Source: Chrysemys picta bellii (lineage: Eukaryota). From it: a DNA stretch of 64,000 nt. The notes under the pieces are model-generated. The model was not told the DNA's origin. It did not search any database and saw nothing but the letters and a program-made list of their open reading frames with translations. Where the stretch lies: contig NC_088810.1 in the NCBI RefSeq assembly GCF_011386835.1, positions 22,754,001-22,818,000 on the forward strand, written 5' to 3'. Positions 1 to 12,980 of this stretch are shown here, in pieces. How positions within the stretch are numbered: position 1 is the first letter of the stretch; every line of letters starts with the position of its first letter. The position numbers were made by a program, and so were the translations under genes.

Positions 1-2114
1 GTTAAACATGTTTCAGTTCTGATGGTTTTGTGGAGCGATTTTCCTTCTCAGAGAGGTCTGGTGACATCTTCTAGCTACAAAGCAACAAAAGGGCAGACAT
101 AATATTAATAAACCAATGACTTTCAACCTGAAAATATTCCCCTGCTCTAAACAATATTTATTTGGGGCTTAGCCAAAATGACCCTCCACTGATCGTTGAC
201 TATGGTGTTCATCTTTGTTTCTCCACTGCCGCACTCCACTGAAATGCTATAATTATATGCTTGATTTCATCCCCCTCTTTCCCCCAACAAGGAATTGTAC
301 AGCCCTGTTTTTGCAAAGACTTATGAACACGCTGTGCTTTTGGCAGGTGGGGTTTCTGGTTGAACTCACTGTGAGTACTCCTGTGGTTAACATTAAGCTA
401 CCACGTAAGTCTTTGTAAGCAGAGATCCAAGTTTGCACCAGCAAAGACAAATTCAGGGCCAAAGACTTAACATAGATTTAAGGTTGCCCAGCCCTGCTTC
501 ATAGCCTTCCAAATGTGGTGTTTGGCTAAACTTAAAACTTCTAATAACCAGGAAATAACGAGTTTGGGTAATAACTGCCACAGCACATTCCCACCCAACC
601 TTATTGCGGCCCCCGTGGAGATGGCAAAAGGGTGTACAGATAACGAAGAAGTCTCTTTGCCTTCCATAACTCCATGGCATCTATCTGATCATGTAATTGC
701 ACTATCCCTTAAGACGTGGTGTTATGGATCTGAGGAGAACTTGCAGGTGGGCGGGATGGCTCTCACAGTTGCTACCAGAAGCTGAGGTTCCTCTGGGAAT
801 GTCAAGAAGAAAACGAAATATAAGAGAACTGAGCCTCATTCTAACAACTCCTTCCACTTTCCCAGCAGGCAAGAGAACTCCACATCTGCACCCTGTCCTA
901 GGTTCTCTGTTATTGCTCCAATGAGGGGTTAGCAAGCATTACTGCACTCCATCCAGCTCTGTCAGAGGAACGTGAAGATGTGTCCCAGAAGAATTGCTTA
1001 GGTCAAGGATGAAAGTGTGAAAACTTCAAGGGGGATTTCTCTTCATTGGGAAAAGTGGGTGAATTTAACGCAAGCTTAACAAGTGTCTTCCTCATCAAAG
1101 GAAGGCTGAAGAGTGTGCTCACACTCCTCTTCCTCCCTCTCGCCCAGGAAGGATACGGCCTATGATCTCTTTCATTGGGGTGTTGCTCAAAAAGATAAGG
1201 TTGAACAGGAGCGTGTGAATTTTAAAGCACTATGAATTTAGCTGCCTTTGCATGGAAATATTACCACACAGCCTTTCCCAGGGAGCACCAGCATGTTAGT
1301 TTTTCTTGCTTCGCTTAGCATGTTCCCTACTTTATAGATCCAGAATAAAGGTTTAATTAATAGCTTTGTTATTATGAAATTATTGAAGGTGGATCTTGGT
1401 GGCACACCTGAGATAAGCTAAAAACTAAACGAGAAGGTGATATTGATCTGGCCGATAAATCTTTGAATAGGTGTGGTGAACAGCTGTTGTAAGAACCAGG
1501 AAATTTTAAACTACGGTCACACGGTAGGAGATTCTTAGGAATCACTAGACCAAATGAACCCAAACTTGATTCTTTAACTCCATCCCATCCCCTTAACTGG
1601 TATGGCACTTTTTAAGACAACCTGAGTATGAAAGTGGTATTTGGAGCAAATTTACACCAGCTAAGGATTCGTCCCATAAACTTTAAAATAAATAAATACA
1701 TAAATATTATTAATTATTATTATTATAGCAACAGTGTTTTAGTTTAATAAGCACTGTCTGATTTTTTCCCCTCTCTGGAGCTCCTTGTTGGAAGGCTTTA
1801 AGGAAGAGGCATTTGACACACAACCCAAGAACTCTGAGCTTGAATTCCGTTTGGGAAATGTGCAGTCTCTGCCCATTCCATACATCTTTGCTCTCTTCGC
1901 CTGCCTTCTGCTTGGTTTATGGGGGTGGAATTGGATTCTTCTCAAAATATGAGGGGCGTATAGAATTTTGAGGAAGGCCAGGATTCCCTAAGGATTCCCC
2001 AATATTATATACCCGCCTGCCTGAGTCCTGCTCCGCATCATTTTGGTGGGCAGGAGAAGGGAAAGAAAACACCTGTTGAAATGAGCGTGGCAGTCTACGC
2101 TTCTCAGAGATTTA

Positions 2115-2325
2115 GGCTATGTCGACACTACACAGCTTTTAGCGACACGGCAAAACTTCCATCCCCAACGAGCGGCATTTGCATTGTTGGCAGGAGAGTG
2201 TTCCTGACGACAACACGTTGTTCACACTGGCGCTTGTTGCGGCAAAACTTTTGTCTTTCTGGGTGGGGGTTAACACCTCTGAAAGACAAAAGTTTTGTCA
2301 TTCAATTGCCAGTGTAAACATAATC
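2115..2325. mobile_element. Harbinger-type MITE (211 bp)
   Basis: Imperfect 15-bp TIRs (GGCTATGTCGACACT / AGTGTAAACATAATC) of the same GGxxTGTCTACACT type as the large Harbingers in this window. TTA 3-bp TSD at 2112-2114 and 2326-2328. Internal inverted repeat GGCAAAACTTTTGTCTTTC...GAAAGACAAAAGTTTTGTC. Confidence 0.75.
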
Positions 2326-2699
2326 TTAGTTTCAGGCAGTATTTGTCTGAATGGGGTATTCTCATTCAGCTAAGTACATTCCATTGAGATGAATGGGCCA
2401 TTTTGCACCTCTGAGAACCTCCTGGTTGCCGTAGGAGCCTCTTCTCCCTCTACTAGGCCCTGACATAGAGTAGGGACTTTGGGAGACTTTTCCCCACCAC
2501 TCACTTCCCCCTTGCTGCTTCCACCTGGCATATGAACTCCTCAAAGCCCCATAGACATGAAGGCATCAAAAGCAGAGCAGAATTTTCTTTTACTTGTGCA
2601 GCCTTGGGTTGTGATCCTGCAGATACTTTCACGAGTGCTTATCTTTCACCATGTGGTTAGCCCCCTTGAGTTCCAACCTTTTAGCTTTTACGCCGAAGA

Positions 2700-2901
2700 G
2701 CGGCAGTCACACATCATTCAAGGGTATTTTAAAAAGGCGAACAATTAGTGACACTTCCTTTGACTGCGATTGTGGGTACTCACTGTTCTGTACCTCCAAA
2801 AGTCATGCCCATAAACTCAGATGTGACCCTTTATCTTGCTTTTCATTTCCTGGTCCTTGTTCTGTGGATTTTCATGTTTCACAGTTTCCATAGCTGCACC
2901 T
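2700..2901 (-). pseudogene. 3' relic of a corneous beta-protein gene (last ~10 codons plus 3' UTR)
   Basis: The minus strand of 2872-2901 reads RCSYGNCET*, resembling CBP C-termini (..GNCGPC*). The adjacent 2804-2870 aligns with 11976-12045, the 3' UTR of the CBP pseudogene at 12059-12345. The rest of the CDS is absent. Confidence 0.55.
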
Positions 2902-3639
2902 ATTGCAGATTTTTTATTTTTCATCAAAATTTGAGATTTTTTTTTTAAAATGTAAATTTTTTTTCAGGGATTTCCAATTTTCAGCCAAATTTACACTGCT
3001 CCCATTTTCTCCTCATGGTCTTCTTGCTCTTTCCCCCTTAGCTTCCCTCCAAACCAACACCTATGAACCTCTCTCACTTTCATTGTCTCCCTTTCGGAGA
3101 CACTAAGCAACCTCCCTCTTTCTTTCAGACCTGCTCCTGAAACGCACTTCTTCTGTAAAGCACTGAATTGATGAACTTTTGTAGAGGTCCCATTGATTTG
3201 AGCTTGCACCAACCCCATCCCTCCTCCTGCCTGGTTGCTGGAGCCTTTCCCCCTGCAGAGTCAAATCCTTCTTTTCATAGCTTTAGACATTAACAAGAAG
3301 GCTGCCTATCATTTTCATAGCGAGTTACGATTTCACAGCTTCATGCAACTATGAATTCTCTCAACACCCATATCAAGCAGGTAATTATTTTCTTATTATC
3401 TAATAAAGGGATAATTGATGCCCTGAGTCTACTTGAGTTGCCCAAGGAAACTTCATGAGCCAGTGGAAAGACTAGAACTAGTACTCACACACACCTAATT
3501 ATTATTATTACTTATCATTTGAATTTCAGTATCTCCTGGTTGCCACATTGGTGCTGAGTAATGTGCAAACACAAGTGAGAGATGGCCCCTGTCACGAAGA
3601 GCTGACCAACTAACTAGACAAGACAGAGACACAGTGAAC

Positions 3640-3790
3640 AGACGGATCATTACCCCCATTTGACAGCTGGGAACTGATGCACAGAGTAATTAAGGGATAT
3701 GTTTTCAATGTTGCTAAACATACTGAGTGCCGAGCTCTTGCGAATATGTGTCCCCAACTGATCTGCCAAAAGTCACACAGGAAATCTGTG
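3640..3790 (+). mobile_element. CORE-SINE (MIR-like) fragment
   Basis: CCCCATTTGACAGCTGGGAACTGATGCACAGAG...CTGCCAAAAGTCACACAG resembles the MIR/CORE-SINE core. Similar degraded pieces lie at ~3385-3490, ~13465-13560 and ~13740-13800. Confidence 0.45.
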
Positions 3791-3809
3791 GGAGAATTCA
3801 GATTTTCTG

Positions 3810-5363
3810 TAAGAACATAAGAATGGCCATGATGGGTCAGACCGTCCATCTAGCTCAGTGTCCTGTTTTGTGACAGTGGCCAGTTCCAGATGCTTCAGAG
3901 GAAATGAACAGAACAGGGCAATTATTGAGTGATCCATCCCATGTTGTCCAGTCCCAGGTTTTGGCAGTCAGAGATTTAGGGACACCCAGAGCATGGGGTT
4001 GCATTCACAGCATCGTAGAATCATAGAACTGGAAGGGACCTCGAGAGGTCATCTAGTCCAGTCCCCTGCACTCATGGCAGGACTAATTATCTAGACCATT
4101 CCTGACAGGTGTTTGTCTAACCTGCTCTTAAAAATCTCCAATGATGGAGATTCCACAACCTCCCTAGGCAACTTATTCCAGTGCTTAACCACCCTGACAG
4201 TTAGGAAGTTTTTCCTAATGTCCAACCTAAACCGCCCTTGCTGCAATTTTAGCCCATTGCTTCCTGACATAGCCTCAGAATTTAAGAAAAACAATTTTTC
4301 TTACTCCTCCTTGTAACGACCTTTTATGTATTTGAAAACGTATTATCATGCCCCACTCTTATCTTTTCCAGACTAAACAAACACAATTGTTTCAATCTTC
4401 CCTCAGAGGTCATGTTTTCTAGACCTTTAAGCATTTTTGTTGCTCTTCTCTGGACTCTCTTTAATTTGTCCACATCTTTCCTGCAATGTGGCATCCAGAA
4501 CTGGACACAATACTCCAATCGAGGCCTAATCAGAGCAGAGTAGAGGGGAAGAATTACTTCTTGTGTCTTGCTTACCACACTCCCGCTAATACAGCCCAGA
4601 ATGCTGTTCGCTTTTTTTGCAACCGCGTTACACTGTTGACTCATATTTAGCTTGTGGTCCACTATGACCCCCAGATCCCTTTCCGCAGTACTCCTTCCTA
4701 GGCAGTCATTTCCCATTTTTATGTGTGCAACTGATTGTTTCTTCCTATATGGAGCACTTTGCATTTGTCCTTATTGAATTTTATCCTATTTACTTCAGAC
4801 CATTTCTCCAGTTTCTCCAGATCATTTTGAATTTTAATCCCATCCTCCAAAGCACTTGCAACTCCTCCCAGCTGGGTATCATCCACAAACTTTATAAGTG
4901 TACTCTCTATGCCATTATCTAAATCACTGATGAAGATATTGAACAGAACCGGACCCAGAACTGATCCCTGTGGGACCCCACTCGTTATGCCCTTCCAGCA
5001 TGACTGTGAACCACTGATAACTATTCTCTGGGAATGGTTTTCCAACCGGTTTTGCACCCACCTTATAGTAGCTCCATCTAGGTTGCATTTCCCTAGTTTA
5101 TTTATGAGACCTGACCATCTTGATGATGGACCTATCCTCCATGAACTTATCTACTTCTTTTTTGAACCCAGTTATACTTTTGGCCTTCACAACATCCCCT
5201 GGCAAAGAGTTCCCCAGGTTGACTGTGTGTTGTGTGAAGTACTTCCTTACATTTGTTTCAAATATGCTGCCTAATAATTTCATTGGGTGACCCCTAGGTC
5301 TTGTGTAATGTGAAGGACTAAATAACCCTTCCCTATTCACTTTCTCCACACCCTTCATGATTT
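3810..5363 (-). mobile_element. Older CR1 LINE 3' fragment, split by a younger CR1
   Basis: Tail AAGAACATAAGAATGGCC at 3810. The sequence GCATGGGGTTGCA.. (~3990-4011) resumes as CTGACCATCTTGATGATGGACC at ~5111. The minus-strand ORF 5098..5400 shows the CR1 ORF2 C-terminal motif (RPRGHPMKL..FTQHTVNLGNSLP). Confidence 0.8.
4012..5108 (-). mobile_element. CR1 LINE, 5'-truncated (RT fragment plus 3' UTR)
   Basis: Minus-strand ORF pieces 4719..5057 (SGVPQGSVLGPVLFNIFI..KFVDD), 4324..4764 and 4091..4294 are CR1 ORF2. The (ATTCT)-type tail is at 4012-4028. Confidence 0.92.
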
Positions 5364-5589
5364 CCTGTGTTCCAATACAATGCCTCAACCTCGAGACCAT
5401 TCATTCGCTCCCATGTCCCTGTCCTTGGGATACTTCGTATTGTTTGTTATTCGCTTTTGAACCCCATTTCTTGCAGTGCCCTAGAATTGTTCTGACAAAA
5501 CCCACAGAATAAGGAAGGCTAAGGATGATGGTTTGGTTAAACTCTCTGATTGTAATAAGTAAGCACATTATATACAAACATTCTATCAT

Positions 5590-6045
5590 TGACAAAGAAG
5601 AGGCACAAGAAGGATGAGATGATTAGAAAACAAACCTTCAAAGAGTTCAGTCTATTCTGCTTAACAAAGACAAGGTTAAGGGTGACTTGATCCCAGTTTA
5701 TAATTACTTAGATGGGGAACAAATATTTGATAATGGGCTCGTCAGTCGAGCAGACAAAATTATAGCAAAATCCAATGGCTGGAAGTTGAAGCTAGACAAA
5801 TACAGACTGGAAATAAGATGTAAAATTTTAAGAGTGAGAATAATTAACCCTTGGAAGAATTTACCAAGGGTCATAGTGAATTCTCCATCACTGGCAGCTT
5901 TTAAGTCAAGACTGGGTTTTATTTAAATGATATGCTTTAGTTCAGAAGGAATTGTTTGGGGGAATTTCTATGGCCTATGTTATAGAGGAGGTCAGACTAG
6001 ATGATCACAATCGTCCCTTCTGGCCTTGGAATCTGAGAGTCTATG
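5590..6045 (+). mobile_element. CR1 LINE 3' fragment
   Basis: ORF 5687..5926 (SNGWKLKLDKYRLEIR..WKNLPR..SPSL) is a CR1 ORF2 C-terminus, followed by the tail GGAATCTGAGAGTCTATG. Confidence 0.85.
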
Positions 6046-6695
6046 TTATTTTCAAACCAGTTTAGAAAATTATAGGGCAGAGCAGGGTGGAGATAATGCT
6101 AATAATTCCACCTCCTTTTTTAAGATTTAATCTCAGTGTGCAAACCTGTTCTGTGCAGTAACAGGTTTCTGAAGCTTGTGAGTCAGCAATACATGCAAAT
6201 GAAAAAGCAGAAAATATTCTTTTGTGAAAAGAAAACCCACAGATTATATAAATGGTCACAATTCACTTTCTTTCAGTGGACCCACACTAACTTTTACCTG
6301 CCAAGAAGCTGGATCTAAAAATGTTAGTTGTACACATTAGAACTCAGGAATTTCTAGACCAAATCAGCCCACTTTTCCAGCTAGTTCATTATTCTGTCCT
6401 TTATAGTGTTAAGCACCAGATACTGCAGAAAAAATGATAAGAACCCTGGAATGGTCCATTATAGAATAATCTTCCCATCGGGAGAGTTTGTCCCTTATAC
6501 AAGTAAGATACAGGTGAGCTTTTCCCTGAAAAAGGAGGATATGCAAACTTTGGAGTCTAGCCAGCTAGCTAGTTCCACTTCAAAATATCTATGAAAGCTG
6601 ATCACCACAGCCTGATGGAATTAGTAGGGCCAGATCCTCTCCAGGTGTATTTTGTCCTGACTCTAGTAAAACAAGGTGGTCAAGAAAATATTTTG

Positions 6696-6855
6696 AGAGA
6701 GACAAGTTTTAGAGCTACATAGAGCTCTTTGGGGCCTGAAAAAGAGCTTGGTGTAGCTTGAAAGCTTGTCTCTCTCATCAGCAGGAGTTAGTCCAGTAAA
6801 AGATATCACCTCACTCACCTTATCTCTCTAATATCCTGGGACCGACCCGGCTACA
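6696..6855 (+). mobile_element. Penelope-like-derived fragment with short fold-back and degenerate hammerhead core
   Basis: 6696-6730 is an inverted copy of 6736-6776. The plus arm reads CTGAAAA-A-GAGC..GCTT-GAAA-GCTTGTC. The same family occurs at 8625, 9070, 12350 and 15280. The Penelope assignment rests on recalled family sequence. Confidence 0.5.
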
Positions 6856-8549
6856 GAAACACTGTCTCCCGTAAGTCAGACGAGGATTTGGCCATTTATG
6901 TATATATTTAAAACATGCCAAAATAATACTCTCTAGTAGCCAAGTACCTTTTAGGCTGATATTTTTTGAAAGCTGTCTAAGGCTTATGAATATCCAATTT
7001 AAATTTAACCAGAATTCGGAGTCCCAAATCTCTCTGTGGTTTTGAAATTACCCACCTTATATTTTCCACCTGAATCTGGACTCCACCACTGCCTGCATCT
7101 GACTGGGCAACATTTTTGGGATGAATTGTTTGTTCATTGAATTTGGAGTTAACTGAAACCGTTTGTGAATTTGGGGTGCATGTCACAAATAGTTTCAGCT
7201 GAAAAAAAAATGGAAAAAATATTTTGAAAAAGGCATTATTACTTGTCATTTAAAAAAATCTTTTGTTTCAAGCTTTAGCAAGTTTTAATTTTTTAAAAGG
7301 GTAAAAAGCACTCAAAAACAAACCAATAATTGAATTATTCACTTAGCTGTACAACAAACTAAAAAACCCCCACCTCTTTAATGGAAGGAAACTCGCTAAC
7401 ATGGCTTAGAATTCCAGAATGTTTGTGCAGGTTTCAATTCTATGTTAAAACTAACACTAAAGCAACATTTTAATACTAATAAGGAGTTTTGAGTCAAATC
7501 ACTTTTACCAAGTTCGCCGAGGAAAATAAGTCAAGAGCAGTGGTTAGAAGAGCTCTGAGTTGTGAACACTTTATTGTGGTTTTGTTAAACCATCAAGAGA
7601 AGCCCTTTGTGAAGGAAGTCCTTGTCACTTACCAAATTAAATTTTCACGCGGGTAACACCTCTAATTTTGGTAATTGTTTTAATAATTGTTTATGGTTAT
7701 GAGGCATTCCCAGATTGTAGGCTACGCACATTGCACCCTGCAAATTGCTTTAATCATAAATCGTTACGTACCATATTCTTTCCTTGTTTCATTCCACTGA
7801 CTTCATTGGTGTCAAAATGAGAATTTAATAACCTGATAATATGCGCTGGCTCAGATATGTATCAGTAGCACAATCTGCTGTTGTGCACAGGAGTCTAGGT
7901 TAGTTTTTTCTTTTTTTAAATCCAGACGAGTATCTATTTGGGGGTATGGTGGAATTTACCCTTGTAACTTCTAAGAGGATGGGAGATTTGATTCTGTATG
8001 TTTCAGATTCCTACCCCTAACTATTCTCGCGGGGCCCTTTGAAATGGATTAATAGAGTTTAAGGTATTTCACAGGCCACCAAAACTACCCGGCGCCCACA
8101 CAATCACTCTCACCAACCTAAATGAAATAAAATATTACAGTCCACAGGAGTCTAAACTATTGTCTGCCACAGGCAGAGAATGGAAGGGACCAAGTTCTAC
8201 CAATGCTTGAGGCTCCTGCAAAGGCAGGTAACTGGAAGGAAACCAATAGACATCTTTTCAATGAGTTAAATGGCCTTCAAATATGGCTCTGTGGGTTGAA
8301 GTTATCTCCTGGACACAGTTCTGGCAGAAGGCATATGCACCATTTAAATCCCTATTAAACTTTCAAACTAGGGTTTAAGTGGGACGGAAGTGGAGCATAG
8401 AACTTTGGGCTGGCCCTCTGCCCTGGGGCCAATTTCATTGTAAAAGGATTAGAAATTCAGCTCTGAAGGACCGCCAGTCATGTGACTCATTGACGGTCAC
8501 TACTGCAGCAGGAGAAATAACTGATTTTTCAGTTTAGTGGCAGTTCCAA

Positions 8550-8624
8550 ATATAAATAAATCAATAAATCAATAAATACATAAATAATAATAATTAATAA
8601 AAGAAATAAATAAAAGAAAAAAAA
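8550..8624. repeat. A-rich simple repeat ((AAAT/AAT)n)
   Basis: Directly visible low-complexity tract. Confidence 0.8.
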
Positions 8625-9190
8625 AGATACGGTGGGTGAGGTAATATTTTTCTCTTGGACCAACTGTTCGTGAAAGAGACACGCTTTCGAGCCACACAGA
8701 TCTCTTCTGCAGGTCTGGGAAAGGGACTCGGAGCATCACAGCTAAATACAAGGTGGAACAGATTGTTTAGTATAAGTAGCTAACCCATATTCAAAGAGAC
8801 CATTCAAGGTGAAGTAACCTAACACCTTCAAATCACAAGGCTGGGTGTTTAAATTTACAACTTTGCTAGATACTAAAAATCATGGACTGAACAGAGACAC
8901 TGGATTTGTGGCTTATTATAACCCACTAATCCCCCTTTTTTGTTCTGTGACTGCACAACTCAATGGGCCACTTTACCTTGAATGGTCTCTTAGAATATGT
9001 GTTAACTACTTATGCTAAACCATCTGTTCCACCTTGTATTTAGCTGTGACACCCTGAGTACCTTTCCCAGCATGGAAGAAGAGCTCAGCATAACTCGAAA
9101 GTTTGTCTCTCTCCTCGACAGAACTTGGTCCAATAAAAGATATGAACTCACCCACTTTGTCTCTCTAATATCTTGACACCAACACGCTAC
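8625..9190. mobile_element. ~570-bp fold-back element (Penelope-like derived)
   Basis: Arm 8625-8815 is the reverse complement of arm ~8970-9170 (e.g. AGCTAAATACAAGGTGGAACAGAT vs ATCTGTTCCACCTTGTATTTAGCT). Both arms carry a degenerate CTGAAGAAGAGC..GCTCGAAAGCTTGTC motif. Confidence 0.65.
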
Positions 9191-10609
9191 TACAACACTG
9201 CAAACAAAAAGAAAAAAAAAATCAACTTGGGTCAAACTGAATCTTAAATTCTCTGGAATTTTTGGTTAATTGAAAAAGTCTGTCTTGAGCTGTTCTGTGC
9301 TCTGACCAATCTGTTTCACCTTGAGATGTTCCAGAGCAGGGGCTTGAACCCGTGTCTAAGGTGAATGCTCTATCTGCCAGGCTATAGGTTATAACGGGGT
9401 CGGGCGGCATCCCACTATTACCACTTCTTTATTGACAGCCTTCTTCTTCCTCCAGACATCTTGTGAATGGCTGAAACCATTTGTGTCAAGTTTTGGGGCG
9501 ACTGAAACCGCATTTTGCGTCAAACAAACCATTAGTCTGAAAATTTGTATTCAGCTGTGTGCTAAGATACCAGAAGAGGCGCTAGTGCTGTATTTTACCG
9601 CAGGACAGTCCAGCTCTCTCAGTGACATGTACACACTTCTTCTTTATGGTAGAACAACCTTCTCTATCTTTAGGCATGTCTGTAAATTTGTTTAGCAGGC
9701 TCTCTTAGCCTTCAGTAGGGAGCCTGAAGAAATGAAAGCCAAGATTGCTAGTTTTTCTTGCTGGAATTAGTATACACCCTGCTTTAATGCTCCAGAACGA
9801 AGATTTAATTAACACCCTTGGAATTATTTGGTTCTGAAGCTGAATAATGGTACCACACCCTAGATGAGCTAATAGGCGGTGCAGATATATAAGATTACAT
9901 TGATGCTATCCATAGATTTTTGCATGGCTGTGATCGAAAGATGTCATAAGAATCAGGCCATCTTGAAAAGGGCTTACTTGGTGGGGTGGAGCTCTTGGGA
10001 ACCTCCAGCCTGAATAACACCAAACATGATTCACTACCTCCACCCCAGCCCCTTACCTGGTACAGCCCTGTCTAGGACCATCTGAATATGCCAGTGGAAT
10101 CTGACGCTGGTTAACACCAGCTGTGGCTCTAGCCAGTCAATTCTAACAAGTATTTTTTTTAATGAAAATACTAGTAAAATCCTAATGAAAATCAAATAGC
10201 CACTGGGGGATATTGTCTCTTCAGGAGATCATTGGTGAGCTCATTATGGTCACTGGGTTAACTACACCCCTGACCCTGCATGATCTCCTCAAGTCCATTC
10301 CCTCAGGTGACAGGTCTCGTTACCTCCACCTCTCTCCCCCACTTTCTGACCAGGACTTTGGCTGCAGTCCTTTATGTCCCATCTCTGATTCCTTAGCTGC
10401 ATTTTGGCCCTTCCTGTCAACTTCCAATTGGGAGCAATGACTAGAGATTATTACAGTGACCGAGTGAGTACTTAAAACAAAGTATGGTTTGCACAGTGTT
10501 TTACCAAAGCTGCTGCTGCCGGATTATAATAGACCCCCGCTACTCTTTTAAAGTGCTGTTAGAAACCAGGTCTTTCAGAGAAACATACCTTACTATATTA
10601 GACAGTCTA

Positions 10610-10885
10610 CACACTTTTATACAAAGGTAAACAAGAATCGACTGTCGCAACTTGGAGCTAGACAAATTCAGACTGGAAATCAGATGTAAAATATTGACAG
10701 TGAAGGTAATGAACCATTGGAACAATTTACCAAGGCCGTCACTGGTAATTGGATGTTTTGTTTAAAAGATATGCTCTACTTCATAAGGAATTATTTTGGA
10801 GGAAGTTCTATGGCTTGTGATATCCAGGAGGTCAGATTAGATGATTAAAAGAGTTCCTTCTAGCCTTGGAGTCTATGAGCCTATG
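10610..10885 (+). mobile_element. CR1 LINE 3' fragment
   Basis: GAGCTAGACAAATTCAGACTGGAAAT..CCATTGGAACAATTTACCAAGG..GGAGTCTATGAGCCTATG tail. Confidence 0.8.
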
Positions 10886-12058
10886 TCTTACCTGTATCTT
10901 ACATGGCCCTAGCTTATCCCAGGCCCTCCTCCCTCCCTGCACACTTCTGGAGTCCAAAGAGCAGAATGCCTCATGCAGATCCTCCATCTCCATCTCATCA
11001 GAGCCTGTGCTTTAAAGAGTTTCAAAGCTCTTTGATAGGTTCTCTGTCTGGATCACGTCTCCCTTGGAATCACTCGCACGGCAGTGCCTTAAGCAAAGTA
11101 GAGGTAAAACTTCGAAGGATTTGAAAGCTCTGTAGGCTTTTGTGTACTAGCTTTAGGGGTTATCTGGAGCCACTGTCTGCTTGTCAGCCAACTGTAGCTA
11201 GCTCTCGCAGAATTAACTCTTTGGTAGTCACCTAGCAAGCAATTTAATAGCTACTAAACAAATGGATGGATATGTAATACTCATAAACATATTACAGGCA
11301 GCTCTCCTGTTCTCCACAAGTGGCGTTAGTGAAGAGACATATAGCCTTTCAACCCAAGGACTCTGAATCTGAACCCTCTTTGGCAGATGTATGTAACAAT
11401 AATGAAACTGACCCATGTCCAAAGGCTGTGCACAGTGCTAATGATCACTTCACAGGCCAGATTCTCATCTTACCTGAGTGAGGCTTAAATAGTACATAGG
11501 CCTAATGCAGGTCCCTTGCACAGGCATGAGTTTTACCAAGCGGTCTGTACATAATGCAGGAGGAAGGAAAACCAGAAGGCCGATATTACGATGCAACAGA
11601 ATTTTAAAGCAAATGAGAAGTCAAGTCTATACTTTCAGAACAAAGTGATGCAGAGTAGAGCAAATATAATTCCAGGGTTTCACGGCATTTAACACAGGAT
11701 GTGCTTTGTTCTTGGTTGCATCTGTAGAGTTTGACAGTCCAGTCCTAATTTCAACATTTTAGATTACTTGTTTTACCTCACCTGATGTCAAAAAAGGACC
11801 ACATATGATATAAACAGGGGCTTAAGCTGAGACATTATAAAACAAAATAGCTATTAATATAAGGAAAAGCATAACAAGGGAAAAACATATGTAGATCTGA
11901 TTTAAAGAGGTGCTGCGCTTTCCTGGTTCCCTTTGACTTCCCTCGGAGTTATGGATAGTCAGCACTTCTGAAAGCCATGCCCATAAGCTTAGTTGTGAAA
12001 CTGTATCTTGCTTTTCATTTCCTGGTGTTTCCTTGTTCTGTGCAAATTTCTTCTGGAT

Positions 12059-12345
12059 TTAACACGGCCCACAACTTCCACAGCCGTATCTACACCCTTA
12101 TAGAGAACCCCAGAACTCTATGATCCCCTGGAACCGTCGGAGGTACCAAAACCTTTGGAGCCCCCACACTCATAGGAGCCCCCGGAACCATACACATTCC
12201 TTATTCCCTGAGAGCAAGTGCTGAGAATTGGTCCCGGAATGTGACTACAACTGGTAGTACATAGACCACCGCTCTTGTGTCGCCACATGATGTGCCACCA
12301 GGGCTCATTGCAGAGGTTAACATATCGTTGGGGAAATAGCACATC
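12059..12345 (-). pseudogene. Corneous beta-protein pseudogene (different subtype from the array genes)
   Basis: Across frames the minus strand reads FPQRYVNLCNEP/CGTSCGDTRAVVYVLPVVVTF/PGPILSTCSQ..YGSGGSY..RYGCGSCGPC* (TAA at 12059-12061). It has +1 and -1 frameshifts around the core, an in-frame TAG at 12118-12120, an internal deletion and no recognisable start region. Confidence 0.85.
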
Positions 12346-12349
12346 ACAA

Positions 12350-12475
12350 GGTGGCGTAGCTCTGTGTGGCTCACAAGCTCGTCTCTTTCCTCAACAGCAG
12401 TGGGTCCAATAAAAGGTATGACCTCACCCACATTGTCTCTAATATCCCAGGACCAACCTGGCTACAAAAACAGGG
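12350..12475 (+). mobile_element. Penelope-like-derived fragment at the 5' break of the CBP pseudogene
   Basis: AGCTCTGTGTGGCTCACAAGCTCGTCTCT..GGTCCAATAAAAGGTATGACCTCACCCAC..TCTCTAATATCCCAGGACCAAC, the same family as 6736-6855 and 9070-9190. Confidence 0.55.
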
Positions 12476-12589
12476 CAAACAAGCTGTCAGTAGGAAGACA
12501 CGTCTCTGTGATGGAGGTAAACCCAGATCACACTGTGGAGAGTAGAGTAAGAATAGAAGTTCCAATGATCCACTAATATTATAATAGCC

Positions 12590-12980
12590 CAGGGGTGGCC
12601 AACATGCGTCTCTTCAGAAGTGAATATGCGGCTCCTTGCATAGGCGCTGGCTCCGGGGCTGGAGCTACAGGTGCCAACTTTCCACTGCTCAACCCCAGGC
12701 CCTGCCCCCACTCCACCCCTTGCCCCAAGGCCCCCGCCCCTTCCCGCCCCCTCCCCTGCTGCACCCTGACTCCTCCCTGCTCCATCCCAGAGCCTCCTGT
12801 ACACTGCAAAACAGCTGATCGTGGCGGGAAGGAGGGAGGGGGAAGTGCTGATCGGCAGGGCTGCCGGCAGGCAGGAGGTGGGGGGGACTGATGGGGGGCT
12901 GCTGATGTATTATTGTGGCTCTTTGGCAATGTACATTGGCAAATTCTGGCTCCTTCTCAGGCTCAGGTTGGCCAACTCTG
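12590..12980. mobile_element. hAT-type MITE
   Basis: TIRs CAGGGGTGGCCAAC / GTTGGCCAACTCTG. Degenerate 8-bp TSD TAATAGCC / TAATAGGG. GC-rich interior. Confidence 0.75.

Noticed and set aside
200-1200. Several 67-90 aa ORFs at the window start
   Set aside because: No recognisable domain, splice structure or repeat family could be supported from the sequence.
4324-5057. CR1 reverse transcriptase ORF pieces as functional genes (also 25929, 39120, 61447)
   Set aside because: They are 5'-truncated, with multiple frameshifts and stops and degenerate catalytic motifs.
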